Below, in pieces: positions 9,139 through 18,414 of a stretch of DNA of 64,000 nucleotides; the stretch's first letter is position 1, and the number at the start of each line of letters is the position of its first letter. A program made the position numbers and the translations under genes. Under the pieces are notes generated by a model. The model saw only the letters and a program-made list of their open reading frames with translations. It had not been told where the DNA came from and ran no database searches. Source of the DNA: Patescibacteria group bacterium (GTDB taxonomy: Bacteria; Patescibacteriota; JAQUNI01); assembly GCA_028717685.1 (NCBI GenBank), contig JAQUNI010000001.1, positions 143,451-207,450 on the forward strand, written 5' to 3'.

Positions 9139-10725
9139 TTATTTCAGCAATACTTCCAGAAGATTGATTCCCGTCATCTCTTTAGGTTTGGGGATGTCCA
9201 GGAACGCTAAAACTGTGGGCGCGATATCGGAAATTAGCCCTAAAGGATAACTCCCGTCAATATAATCAAGTGCGCTCTCTCTCCCCTTGCCTTTTAAATC
9301 TTCAGCAATCAAAATGACAGGCACGGGGTTACTACTATGTTTTGTCTCGGTGGTACCGGTCTTAAGATCTAATAATTCTTCCGCATTTCCATGATCTGCG
9401 GTTATAATAAGAGCGCCGCGCTGCGCTAAAACCTCATTCACAATTTGCTCTAAGCATTTATCCATGAACTCAACCGCTGAAATAGTAGCGGTTAAGTTCC
9501 CCGTATGACCCACCATATCTGGATTGGCAAAATTCACTACTATAAAGTCATATTTCTTTGCTTTCAATTCTTGGATAATACGCTTCGTTACCTCCGGAGC
9601 ACTCATCTGGGGTATTTCGGCATAATTTTTATTCCTTGGGGAGGGGATCAACACATAATCCTCACCCGGCCAGGGTTTTTCATATCCGCCATCAAAAAAA
9701 TAAGTTACATGGGCATATTTCTCAGTTTCAGCAATATGCATCTGGAAAAGTCCTGCCCGGCTTAATGTTTCCGCTAAAGTCATTTTTATTTTTTCCTCCT
9801 GAAAAGCCACATGAGATGGACAATTTTTACTATAAGCTGTCATGCCTACAAAAAACAAATCACGGATTTGTTTACCGCGTTCAAACTTTTTGAAATCATC
9901 TTCTATAAAAGCGCTGGTAATTTCGCGCGCCCGATCTGCCCGATAATTAAAAAAGATTAAAGCATCATGATCTTGCACTAATCCGACCGGTTTGTCATTT
10001 TTATCCACGATAACCAAGGGCTCAATATTTTCATCAAAAATATTTTGAGCGTAATAAGATTTAATTTCCTCATAAAAATTCTGTATCTTTTTGCCTTGCC
10101 CTTGCGCCATCATCCCATAGGCCTTCTCTACCCTATCCCAATGATTATCGCGGTCCATTGCAAAAAAACGGCCGCAGAGAGTAGCCACCTTCCCAATTTT
10201 TAAAGTGTGAATTTGGGAATCCAAAATTTTTAGATAAGAAAGACCGGCCTGCGGAGCAGTATCGCGCCCATCTAAAAAAGCGTGAATAAAAACGTCTTTA
10301 ACATCTTCCCCTTTAACTAGCTCCAAGAGGGCAAAGAGATGATCCATATAACTATGCACACCGCCAGAGCTCAATAACCCCATTAAATGCAAACGGGAAT
10401 TATTCTTTTTGACATGTTCTATTGCTTCCAAAAAAGCAGGAATTTTAAAAAATGAACCGTCTTCAATAGCGTTATTAATCTTAGGCAAGTCCTGTAAAAT
10501 GAGCCGTCCCGAACCTAAATTTAAATGCCCAACTTCGGAGTTGCCCATTTCCTGCCAAGGCAAACCAACAGCCTCCCCTGACGCTTGCAATGTGGCGGCG
10601 GGGAATGTTTTAGCAAGATCATTAAAAACAGGGGTCTGCGCTTCCCTCACAGCGTTCACCCGCGTCGGCGGACCAATGCCCCAACCGTCTAAGATAATTA
10701 AAACTACGGGACGATACTTTTTCAT
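9139..10725 (-). CDS. gpmI: 2,3-bisphosphoglycerate-independent phosphoglycerate mutase
   Basis: 528 aa. Starts MKKYRPVVLIILDGWGIG and contains a metalloenzyme domain with conserved Ser/His/Asp residues. Confidence 0.92.
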   Translation of the reverse strand: MKKYRPVVLIILDGWGIGPPTRVNAVREAQTPVFNDLAKTFPAATLQASGEAVGLPWQEMGNSEVGHLNLGSGRLILQDLPKINNAIEDGSFFKIPAFLEAIEHVKKNNSRLHLMGLLSSGGVHSYMDHLFALLELVKGEDVKDVFIHAFLDGRDTAPQAGLSYLKILDSQIHTLKIGKVATLCGRFFAMDRDNHWDRVEKAYGMMAQGQGKKIQNFYEEIKSYYAQNIFDENIEPLVIVDKNDKPVGLVQDHDALIFFNYRADRAREITSAFIEDDFKKFERGKQIRDLFFVGMTAYSKNCPSHVAFQEEKIKMTLAETLSRAGLFQMHIAETEKYAHVTYFFDGGYEKPWPGEDYVLIPSPRNKNYAEIPQMSAPEVTKRIIQELKAKKYDFIVVNFANPDMVGHTGNLTATISAVEFMDKCLEQIVNEVLAQRGALIITADHGNAEELLDLKTGTTETKHSSNPVPVILIAEDLKGKGRESALDYIDGSYPLGLISDIAPTVLAFLDIPKPKEMTGINLLEVLLK

Positions 10726-10740
10726 AGATGATTAACAAAA

Positions 10741-10905
10741 AAATAATCTAAAACATCTCTGAAAATTTCTAATTTTCAATAAATCAATTTTTAAACCTCT
10801 CACAGAATAAAGTTTATTGTATTTGATTTGATTAAAGGCTTGATGGGGATTTGAGATTTGAAAATTAAAAGAATTAAAAATTTAATAAAAATTGAAAATT
10901 AGAAA
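10741..10905. repeat. Family A inverted-repeat element, copy 2, upstream of gpmI
   Basis: The left arm is tgaaaatttctaattttcaataaatcaattttt. The right arm is aaaatttaataaaaattgaaaattagaaattagaaatt. Confidence 0.6.
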
Positions 10906-12198
10906 TTAGAAATTATTTATCTGTTCCTCAATTTCCATCAGCCGATTATACTTACAAATCCTCTCACTCCGAGAAAGGGAGCCGGTCTTGATTTGTCCTG
11001 CCCGTGTCCCCACGGCTAAATCAGCGATAAAAGTATCGCAAGTTTCACCTGAACGATGAGAAATAATCGTGTCAAAATTATTTTTTTGGGCTTCTCTAAT
11101 ACAATCCAAGGTTTCCGTTAAAGTGCCGATTTGATTTAACTTGATTAAAATTGCATTTGCTGCCTTTTCTTGAATCGCTCGCTTTAATCTCTGAAGGTTG
11201 GTCACTAAAAGATCATCGCCAATAATTTGAACTTTCTCTCCTAATTTCTGCACAAGCGAAATCCAGCCTTGCCAATCATCTTCAGCTAAACCATCTTCAA
11301 TGACGGAAATCGGATACTTTTCCACCCATTCACAATAAAGACCGACCATCTGATCGCTGGAGAGAGACAAGCCTTCATTTTTAAAAAGATAGCTTCCTTG
11401 CTCAAAGAAAGAGCTTGCCGCCACATCTAAACCCAAAACAAAATCCACAGGCATTTTAAAACCGCCTCTCGCCATTGCTTCAACAACAAGCTCTACCGCC
11501 TGCTGATTAGAATCCAGATTAGGCGCCAATCCTCCCTCGTCGCCCACATTAGTATTATACCCTTTCTCTTTACACAGTTCGCGCAAACAATGAAAAACTT
11601 CGCTGCCCATTCTCACCGCTTCAGTAAAACTCCCTGCCCCTGCTGGAACCGCCCAAAACTCCTGAAAGGATAAACGATTATCCGCATGTTTCCCGCCTTC
11701 TAAAAGATTGAAACAGGGCATCGGCAAATCTTCGGAAATTGGTTTAATTATAAAACTATCTTTATTGTTGCTCGGCACAGATGAAAGTTTGCGAATCCAT
11801 TGCCAAAGTTCTAATTTTTGCATTTGAGCGGCAACACGGGCAACACCCAAAGAGACAGAAAGAATCGCATTTGCCCCCAAACGGGATTTATTCTCCGTGC
11901 CATCCAGCCCCATCATCCGCTCGTCAATCTCTTTCTGTTTTACAACATCCATACCCTTTAAGGCTTCTAAGATTTCATTATTGACATTCTTGCAAGCTGT
12001 AAGCACCCCTTTACCTAAATATCTTTTCGGGTCATTGTCCCGTAATTCCCACATCTCAAACTTACCCGTCGAAGCTCCCGAGGGTACCGCGGCTTTTGCT
12101 TTCAAACCATTATCTAAAACAATTTTTGTTTCAATTGTCGGCTCGCCGCGGGAATCTAAGATCTCCCGGGCTTTAATGGTTTTTATTTTAGAGGACAT
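10906..12198 (-). CDS. eno: Enolase (phosphopyruvate hydratase)
   Basis: 430 aa. Starts MSSKIKTIKAREILDSRGEPTIE. The full enolase N- and C-domains are present. Confidence 0.95.
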   Translation of the reverse strand: MSSKIKTIKAREILDSRGEPTIETKIVLDNGLKAKAAVPSGASTGKFEMWELRDNDPKRYLGKGVLTACKNVNNEILEALKGMDVVKQKEIDERMMGLDGTENKSRLGANAILSVSLGVARVAAQMQKLELWQWIRKLSSVPSNNKDSFIIKPISEDLPMPCFNLLEGGKHADNRLSFQEFWAVPAGAGSFTEAVRMGSEVFHCLRELCKEKGYNTNVGDEGGLAPNLDSNQQAVELVVEAMARGGFKMPVDFVLGLDVAASSFFEQGSYLFKNEGLSLSSDQMVGLYCEWVEKYPISVIEDGLAEDDWQGWISLVQKLGEKVQIIGDDLLVTNLQRLKRAIQEKAANAILIKLNQIGTLTETLDCIREAQKNNFDTIISHRSGETCDTFIADLAVGTRAGQIKTGSLSRSERICKYNRLMEIEEQINNF

Positions 12199-12235
12199 AA
12201 ATTAAATTTAAAATTCAAAACTAAAAATGAAAAAT

Positions 12236-12345
12236 TATCATCGCTTTGCGAGATCTCGCGAAGCGAGACAATGCAAAATTTTAAAAATTTTTATCATTTT
12301 TACATTTTAATTTGTCATTTTGATTTTTAATTTTTACACTTTACA
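12236..12345. repeat. Family C palindrome (TCGCTTYGCGAGATCTCGCGAAGCGA) plus TCATTTT heptamer tail
   Basis: A 26-bp perfect palindrome centred on AGATCT. A near-identical 60-bp copy lies at 59580-59650, and a partial copy at 56286-56320. Confidence 0.6.
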
Positions 12346-14145
12346 TTATAATTTAAATTCCCTATCCTCCACCAAATCGGTCTTAAATTCACGCGCGGCT
12401 CCATTCCAGTCAATTTTCACATTTAACTCGTGATCTACTGTCCCTGCCTGTTTCTGGGCATAAAGAGAATAAGCTTGCTCAGTTATTCTAATCGGCAGTT
12501 TGTATTCTAAAGTGACCGACTCGGTCGTTTTTGGTTCTGTGACTTTAAAAAAGGAAAACACAGTCTTGCCTAATTCTTCATAGGTCGCGGGTTCGCTTTC
12601 ATTGCCGGAAATATTGATTAATTCCGCTCCTTTGGGCACATAAACGCGCGCATAGGTGCGGTAGCGCGTTGACCGCCAGTTAAATTCGCCAATGTGATTG
12701 TAAGTCATTGTAAGGCGCGCGATAGGATTTCCTTTCCCATCCCAATTCACCTCATAATCAATAGTGCGCTTTACAAAGGGGTCGCTTTTAAGGCTCGCTA
12801 AATTGCAATCAACATACAAGAAATAATCGCTAGGCGTTTCCTTTATCCGCCCATCCCAATCAGATAAAGCAATTATTTTCTGCAAGGCAGGGTCATTAAG
12901 ATAAACTAACGCATGCTTTTCACTAAATCCCTGGACAACAATATTAAAGAGTTCCAATAATTTATCCTTGGGCAAAGTTAATGCCCGAGCAATGAGAATC
13001 TCGCCAAAATCGCTAATAATACCTTTACGCTGCGTTTTATCCTCAAATTTATAAAAATTCTTTTCCACGTGAAATTCCAATTGGTCAGTAAAATTTTCGC
13101 TGGTGAACTCATAAGGATAATCGGGGACCTTCACCGACCCCGTCAATTGCAAAATCTTCTCAATGAACGTAGGAGTAATAGCGATGACGCCATCCAATGC
13201 TTCCCCTCCCCCTTCTAATTTATAAAACCACTCCGCTTTTTCGGCGGCTACAGAAAAATCAGGGGACCAGTTGGAATCACGAAAATACCATTCAAATCTT
13301 TTATTATAATCTTGAAAAGGCTTCGGCGTCTCAATTTCACTAGTATACTGTTTATCTAAATTATAAGAATCATCGGTAGTGAAACTCGCAATCTCGCCAT
13401 TTTTCAATTTCAAAATACCATAGGTGCCGATAAAACCACCCGATGGCCTCAACTCCGTATTATTTTGAAACAGAAAAAGATAAGTCTTCTCTTGTGGATA
13501 TCCCAGCATATTGGGTAAAACCTCCGATGCAAGAATAAGTTTATCCACTGTCTTTTGCAATAAGGGCATTTTTCCCTTCATCAAATCAATAGTTCCACCA
13601 ATTTGCGGCAAAAGACCGATAGTGCTAATACTCTCTAAATCCCTTTTTGCTTCTTCTAGTTTATGCTTAGTCTCCTCTAATAAAGGTGTCGATTCAGAAA
13701 GCACCTTCAGACTTTCTCTCTTTTTTTCCTCCCCCGCTTTCTCTAGTGTACTATCCAGAGGATTCAGAACGGTATTGGCAACATTGGCTAGGTTAGCAAG
13801 CGCTCCGCTCAACTCGGAAGCGGAAATAAGCAGGCTGTCTATGGCAACCACCTGATTACCAAGAAGGGGAATTCCTTTATACCAAGCGAGGCGCCCCATC
13901 TTATCGCGGGCGGCAAGGAATTCTTGGTGGGCTAGAGTTAGATGTAAGGAGGCGTCTTTTAAATTGCCCGCGGACAACTCTTCTTCCGCTTTTGCCACAA
14001 AGCTTTTGCCGCGCGAAGCATGGGAGTAGACTGCCCACACCGGCTGACCAAAAACCAAACCCACAATCAAAACAAGGGCTAGAATAACAATAATGAATTT
14101 TAAATTGCGATGTTTGGGTTCTTCTTGAGTTGAAAGAGAAAACAT
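12346..14145 (-). CDS. Membrane-anchored hypothetical protein (DUF4012-like, common in CPR genomes)
   Basis: 599 aa with a single N-terminal TM helix (FIIVILALVLIVGLVF) and a large extracytoplasmic domain. The family assignment is from memory of its architecture and is not verified. Confidence 0.55.
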   Translation of the reverse strand: MFSLSTQEEPKHRNLKFIIVILALVLIVGLVFGQPVWAVYSHASRGKSFVAKAEEELSAGNLKDASLHLTLAHQEFLAARDKMGRLAWYKGIPLLGNQVVAIDSLLISASELSGALANLANVANTVLNPLDSTLEKAGEEKKRESLKVLSESTPLLEETKHKLEEAKRDLESISTIGLLPQIGGTIDLMKGKMPLLQKTVDKLILASEVLPNMLGYPQEKTYLFLFQNNTELRPSGGFIGTYGILKLKNGEIASFTTDDSYNLDKQYTSEIETPKPFQDYNKRFEWYFRDSNWSPDFSVAAEKAEWFYKLEGGGEALDGVIAITPTFIEKILQLTGSVKVPDYPYEFTSENFTDQLEFHVEKNFYKFEDKTQRKGIISDFGEILIARALTLPKDKLLELFNIVVQGFSEKHALVYLNDPALQKIIALSDWDGRIKETPSDYFLYVDCNLASLKSDPFVKRTIDYEVNWDGKGNPIARLTMTYNHIGEFNWRSTRYRTYARVYVPKGAELINISGNESEPATYEELGKTVFSFFKVTEPKTTESVTLEYKLPIRITEQAYSLYAQKQAGTVDHELNVKIDWNGAAREFKTDLVEDREFKL

Positions 14146-14149
14146 TTAT

Positions 14150-14298
14150 GAATAAATTTTTAATTTTCAATTTCTAATTCTTTTAATTTATAAACCATTT
14201 ACCCAATGGAAAATTTAAAATTGCTAATGGGTTTTGAAAATTCATTCATTAAAAATTTAATGAAAATTAAAAATTAGAAATTGAAAATTCTTTATCGT
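14150..14298. repeat. Family A inverted-repeat element, copy 3
   Basis: The left arm is aaatttttaattttcaatttctaattcttttaattt. The right arm is aaaaatttaatgaaaattaaaaattagaaattgaaaatt. The centre is acccaatggaaaat...gctaatgggtt. Confidence 0.6.
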
Positions 14299-14300
14299 CA

Positions 14301-15170
14301 CTAACGAGATACCTGTCTGCTCAATGTCCGTGCCCGCGAGAAATTATTTTCTAATCTTTCTTCCCTTGGCTTCGGCACTCCGAAGTATTTAATAAAATAT
14401 TTCACCGCACTCCTGATATGGATTCGCGCCGCGCGATTGAATAAGGCGGAAAATCCTGATTCAACCGCGCTATCTCGGCGATGGTAATGAATCATTTCGG
14501 CTTCCGGATAATAATAAACCTTCCAACCTTTTTCCCAAAAACGCCGGCACCAATCCATATCTTCAAAATATAAGAAATAACGTTCATCCATTAATCCTAC
14601 GTCTCTAATAGCCGCTAGCCGCACCATCATACAAGCGCCAAAAATCCAATCTACCTCCTGAATCTTCTTGTGATTAATATCTTCCATTAAAAACTTCTGA
14701 AGAGCTTTCTTGGCAAAACCAAAGCGACCTAAAAATGTTCTCCGATAAAGAATGAGTTTCGGGGTAATAAACCTGCGGCAAGAACTCTGCACAGACAAGT
14801 CTGGATTTAAAAGTTTAGGGCCGATTAAAGCGACCTCGGGGCGCTTCTCCATAAACTCTAACATTTTTTCTAAAGCATTGCCTCGCATGATAATGTCTGG
14901 ATTTAAAAAAACCAAATATTTTGCCGTATTGGGCGCGTTATTAATTCCCCAATTAATTGCCGTTCCAAAACCGCTATTATACTGCGAGGCTAGAACCTTA
15001 ATCTCGGGAAAATCCTTCTGCATCATCGCGAAAGATTCATCTTCCGAAAAATTGTCAATCACTAAAATTCTCCTTTCCATCCCGGGATTATTTTTTAAAA
15101 TGGAATCCAAACACTGCCGCAATAACGCAGGGGTTTTATAGTTGATAATGACGATAAAAAAATTATCCAT
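14301..15170 (-). CDS. Family 2 glycosyltransferase
   Basis: 289 aa. Contains IVIINYKTPALLRQCLDSI...VIDNFSEDES, a GT-A fold DxD-type motif. Confidence 0.8.
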   Translation of the reverse strand: MDNFFIVIINYKTPALLRQCLDSILKNNPGMERRILVIDNFSEDESFAMMQKDFPEIKVLASQYNSGFGTAINWGINNAPNTAKYLVFLNPDIIMRGNALEKMLEFMEKRPEVALIGPKLLNPDLSVQSSCRRFITPKLILYRRTFLGRFGFAKKALQKFLMEDINHKKIQEVDWIFGACMMVRLAAIRDVGLMDERYFLYFEDMDWCRRFWEKGWKVYYYPEAEMIHYHRRDSAVESGFSALFNRAARIHIRSAVKYFIKYFGVPKPREERLENNFSRARTLSRQVSR

Positions 15171-15180
15171 AAAATATAAT

Positions 15181-16569
15181 TTACTCTAGAGTTTCTCCTT
15201 TTGGCAAGCTGTCTAGATATTGAGCTGAAACGATTTTAACCCAGCTCCATTTATAACCTAAAGATTTGAATGTCTCTAAATTCTTGATGGGACGCAGATT
15301 ACCATATTCCACCGCATAAATACCAGGGCGACCTTTCGCCTGGACAATAACACCGTCATTTAAAACCATAGGTTTATCCGTGGGATAGCTTGCCATTTCT
15401 TCCTCCGAAATAATCTTAACATCCTTCCAAGAATAGCTATTGGCTTGAAAAACATTCCATTCCGCAATATGGCGGCGTTTGCCATAATCCAAGACATAAA
15501 TCGCCGGATTTTTCTTAGTGCGAATTAAAGTGCCGTCAATTTTTTTGGCTCCCGATTCCGCCGCCGGACCGCCCGCAATGCTCGCAAGTTCTATATCGCT
15601 TATCTTTTTTACATCTCCCATCTTATAACCCAAATCTTTTAAAACTTTCATACTGGCAATATGGCGGCGGCGGTTGTTTTCAATGACATAAATTGCCGGA
15701 CCGCTGCCCCGCACCAATGTTCCGTTGGGATAAGTCATTCGCAATCCTGAATTCGGGTAACCGTCAATTTCGCTTTGGTCCACCGCAATAATCTGACTGT
15801 TGCTATAACCGCGAGCCTTGAAGACAGCCAAATTAGTAATCAACATCTTTTCCACCCGCTCTTCATCTTCATTATATATGGTGAGATAGATCGCTCGCCC
15901 TCCTTGCGCGCGCAAGAGATTGCCGGCAGGATGAGAAAGCAAAAACCAATTTCGCCACCCCTGCCAAAGAAGCACAAAATTGCGGTTGGCGCCGTGATTC
16001 ACGCCATCACCCACCACCGGCGTATAGTTGTAATTCACCGCCGTGGCAATATTTTTTGGCTTAACAATTTCGCCATCTTCGGTCTTCGCCTCTTTTCCTA
16101 CTTGGAAGGTATAATTTTCTGGATATTGAAGATAACGATTGCGAATCTGCCAAGCCGCGGATTCCACTTGTTTTTGAAAACCCTTATACCGTTCATCGCA
16201 GGCTCCGCCGGAAGGACAGGCAAACCCCATGGCATAATCCAGAGCGCGAGCTGACCGCGCCGCCGCGCTTTTAATTAAAGACTGCTCTTTCTGCAGGGTG
16301 GTTAAAAGCCAACAAGTGCTAATTTCATAATCCCTATAAGCATTGGCGATTACTTTTGCCGCGCTCGCGTCTTCCACGGCATAATCAGCCAGACAGCTCC
16401 CCTGCGCTTCCAGAAAGCGCTGCACCTCTTTTTCGGTTCTTAGATTGCAAGAATAAAGCTCATTATCCGACAAAAGGTTATTTTTGTCAAAATCAAAGGC
16501 TAAAACAAGGTTGGGGATAACTAGCGATAATATTCCTAAAATTAAGAAAATCTTTGTTTTTGTAGTCAT
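15181..16569 (-). CDS. Secreted hypothetical protein with three C-terminal ~50-aa repeats
   Basis: 462 aa with a signal peptide (MTTKTKIFLILGILSLVIPNLVLA). The C-terminus carries three repeats of the form G(P)AIYV(I/L)(E/D)xGxRRHI...LGYKW. It is translationally coupled to the upstream GT2 gene through a 10-bp gap. Confidence 0.6.
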   Translation of the reverse strand: MTTKTKIFLILGILSLVIPNLVLAFDFDKNNLLSDNELYSCNLRTEKEVQRFLEAQGSCLADYAVEDASAAKVIANAYRDYEISTCWLLTTLQKEQSLIKSAAARSARALDYAMGFACPSGGACDERYKGFQKQVESAAWQIRNRYLQYPENYTFQVGKEAKTEDGEIVKPKNIATAVNYNYTPVVGDGVNHGANRNFVLLWQGWRNWFLLSHPAGNLLRAQGGRAIYLTIYNEDEERVEKMLITNLAVFKARGYSNSQIIAVDQSEIDGYPNSGLRMTYPNGTLVRGSGPAIYVIENNRRRHIASMKVLKDLGYKMGDVKKISDIELASIAGGPAAESGAKKIDGTLIRTKKNPAIYVLDYGKRRHIAEWNVFQANSYSWKDVKIISEEEMASYPTDKPMVLNDGVIVQAKGRPGIYAVEYGNLRPIKNLETFKSLGYKWSWVKIVSAQYLDSLPKGETLE

Positions 16570-16775
16570 TGTTTTTAAAAAAATGAAACTAAACTTAAGC
16601 GGATAAGCGAGAATATTCGCCTAAAGAATACTCTTGTTTGCACATTCCAATCATAACAAAAAAAAGAGGAAAGGTCAAAAATGGAATTAGGAATAATAAA
16701 AAATGGCTTAATAAAGAATAAGCCATTGAAATTCTACGCCCTTCTTAAGAGGGTGGAATGCACACCTAGCCATCT

Positions 16776-16910
16776 TTATCCTCCGTGTAATATCGCCTTT
16801 GCGAAGTCATCTCCTAAAGAACTCAACATTCCAGGAAATTTTATGCAAATATAGGCAACAGCCGCGATAAAAATTATGATAACAAATCCGATAATAATTT
16901 TCTTCCGCAT
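16776..16910 (-). CDS. Small hydrophobic peptide (44 aa), not in the ORF track
   Basis: MRKKIIIGFVIIIFIAAVAYICIKFPGMLSSLGDDFAKAILHGG, preceded by a strong Shine-Dalgarno (aaaggaggtatattATG). Confidence 0.4.
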   Translation of the reverse strand: MRKKIIIGFVIIIFIAAVAYICIKFPGMLSSLGDDFAKAILHGG

Positions 16911-16989
16911 AATATACCTCCTTTTAGGCACTCTCGCTGATTCAGGTCTCCCAAGCCCATAATATGCAAGTCAACAATCAATTCTTAAT

Positions 16990-17274
16990 CTATCGCTTTA
17001 CCTTTTTTCCGGATGAAAGCCGCGGCGATTCAATTTTTCCGCCCAATTCTTCATAAATTTTAGCAATCGGGCGACCGGGGTTAGTATCATTAAAAGTAAT
17101 ATAAATATCTTCTTCCAGTTCAAAACGAAGCTGGATACCATTATATGACATCTTTGCTTTCTTGCCATTGACAAAACAACCCTTTTCATCAATATGGACT
17201 GTGATTTCAGAGACTGGGAAACTGCCCACAGCAATTCGTTGTGCCTTAAAAGTCGCCTCAAACATCATTCGCAC
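16990..17274 (-). CDS. Hypothetical protein (94 aa)
   Basis: An ORF with good coding context between the small peptide and the GT2 gene. Its stop lies 6 bp from the following GT2 stop-proximal region. Confidence 0.4.
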   Translation of the reverse strand: MRMMFEATFKAQRIAVGSFPVSEITVHIDEKGCFVNGKKAKMSYNGIQLRFELEEDIYITFNDTNPGRPIAKIYEELGGKIESPRLSSGKKVKR

Positions 17275-17283
17275 CTCCCTTAA

Positions 17284-18279
17284 TCACTCAAAAAAACTTC
17301 TGACCTCTCTTGCTTTAACCCTGCGATTTGCCATAATCGCCCGCCGCTTTTTAAAGGCGTGCGGAAGTTGCTTCACTAATTTTAAAAAAGAACCAAACAA
17401 GCGGGGTTCGCGCAATAAAACATAACCCCAGCGCTTCAACTCATACCATAAGATAAAAGGCGAATCTAATAAATAATGCCGCAGAAAATCGTTTTTAACA
17501 AGCATCAAGCTATGATTCTTAAAAGAAAAGTATTTCGCGCGGAAAGAATGCTTTTTCTTCTCTCGCAAAAAATCTTTACCTTTTGCCTGTTCGCCTAAGC
17601 CTGTGCCGCGCTCGTGGTAGGCGATAGCGCGAGGCGCATAGACGCATTTCCAGCCGTATAGATTCATGCGCCACGAGAGATCAATGTCTTCTTTATAATT
17701 TTCAAAATCGCAGTCAAAATATTCGCCGAAGATTCGCACGTCTTGAAGCGCTTTTTTCCGAAAGACAGGCAAAGCGCCTGAAACGCCAAAAACTTGCTCT
17801 TCTTTCCTATATTGCCCCGCGTCAGCTTCACCGTGCCCGCGGTCAATCACGCGGCGGCTTTTAAAAATTTTAAAACCTGTGGAGTCAATAATGTCAGTCT
17901 TTGTTCCATCCTCTTTCATTTGCAATAGTTTACCCGCCAAAGCGCCGACGCGGTCATCCTTCTCCATCACTCCAACCGCGCGCGCAACAAAATCATCTTC
18001 CAAAATGATATCGGGATTCATACAGATCACATATTGACCAGAAGCCTGTCTGATTCCCATATTATGACCCTCGGCATAACCTAGGTTTCTCTTATTGTCA
18101 ATAATCTTAATTTCGCGGAAAATTTTCCGCACAAAATCCACCGAATGATCTTCGGAGCCGTTATCAATAAACACGATTTCCAAATTCGGATAAGTCTGTT
18201 CCAAAACCGAATCAAAAGCTTGCTTTAGATATTTCTTACTGTTCCAACCCAAGAGATTGATGGTGACTTTGGGGTTCAT
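17284..18279 (-). CDS. Family 2 glycosyltransferase
   Basis: 331 aa. Contains VTINLLGWNSKKYLKQAFDSVLEQTYPNLEIVFIDNGSED. Confidence 0.8.
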   Translation of the reverse strand: MNPKVTINLLGWNSKKYLKQAFDSVLEQTYPNLEIVFIDNGSEDHSVDFVRKIFREIKIIDNKRNLGYAEGHNMGIRQASGQYVICMNPDIILEDDFVARAVGVMEKDDRVGALAGKLLQMKEDGTKTDIIDSTGFKIFKSRRVIDRGHGEADAGQYRKEEQVFGVSGALPVFRKKALQDVRIFGEYFDCDFENYKEDIDLSWRMNLYGWKCVYAPRAIAYHERGTGLGEQAKGKDFLREKKKHSFRAKYFSFKNHSLMLVKNDFLRHYLLDSPFILWYELKRWGYVLLREPRLFGSFLKLVKQLPHAFKKRRAIMANRRVKAREVRSFFE

Positions 18280-18317
18280 AGAATTCTAATAAGAAAATGC
18301 ATTAAAGAAGTATGTAT

Positions 18318-18412
18318 AATTCAATCATTGTTTCATTGTTGTTTTATTTTAGCAATGAAACAATGGAGCGAGGGCGAAGCCCGAGCGAGAACAATGAAAC
18401 AATGATTCTGTA
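18318..18412. repeat. TGAAACA-motif inverted repeats (caatcattgtttcattgttg...caatgaaacaatg...aacaatgaaacaatgattc)
   Basis: Same motif as the murC in-frame 8-mer repeat and as 39801-39850. Confidence 0.55.
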
Positions 18413-18414
18413 AA

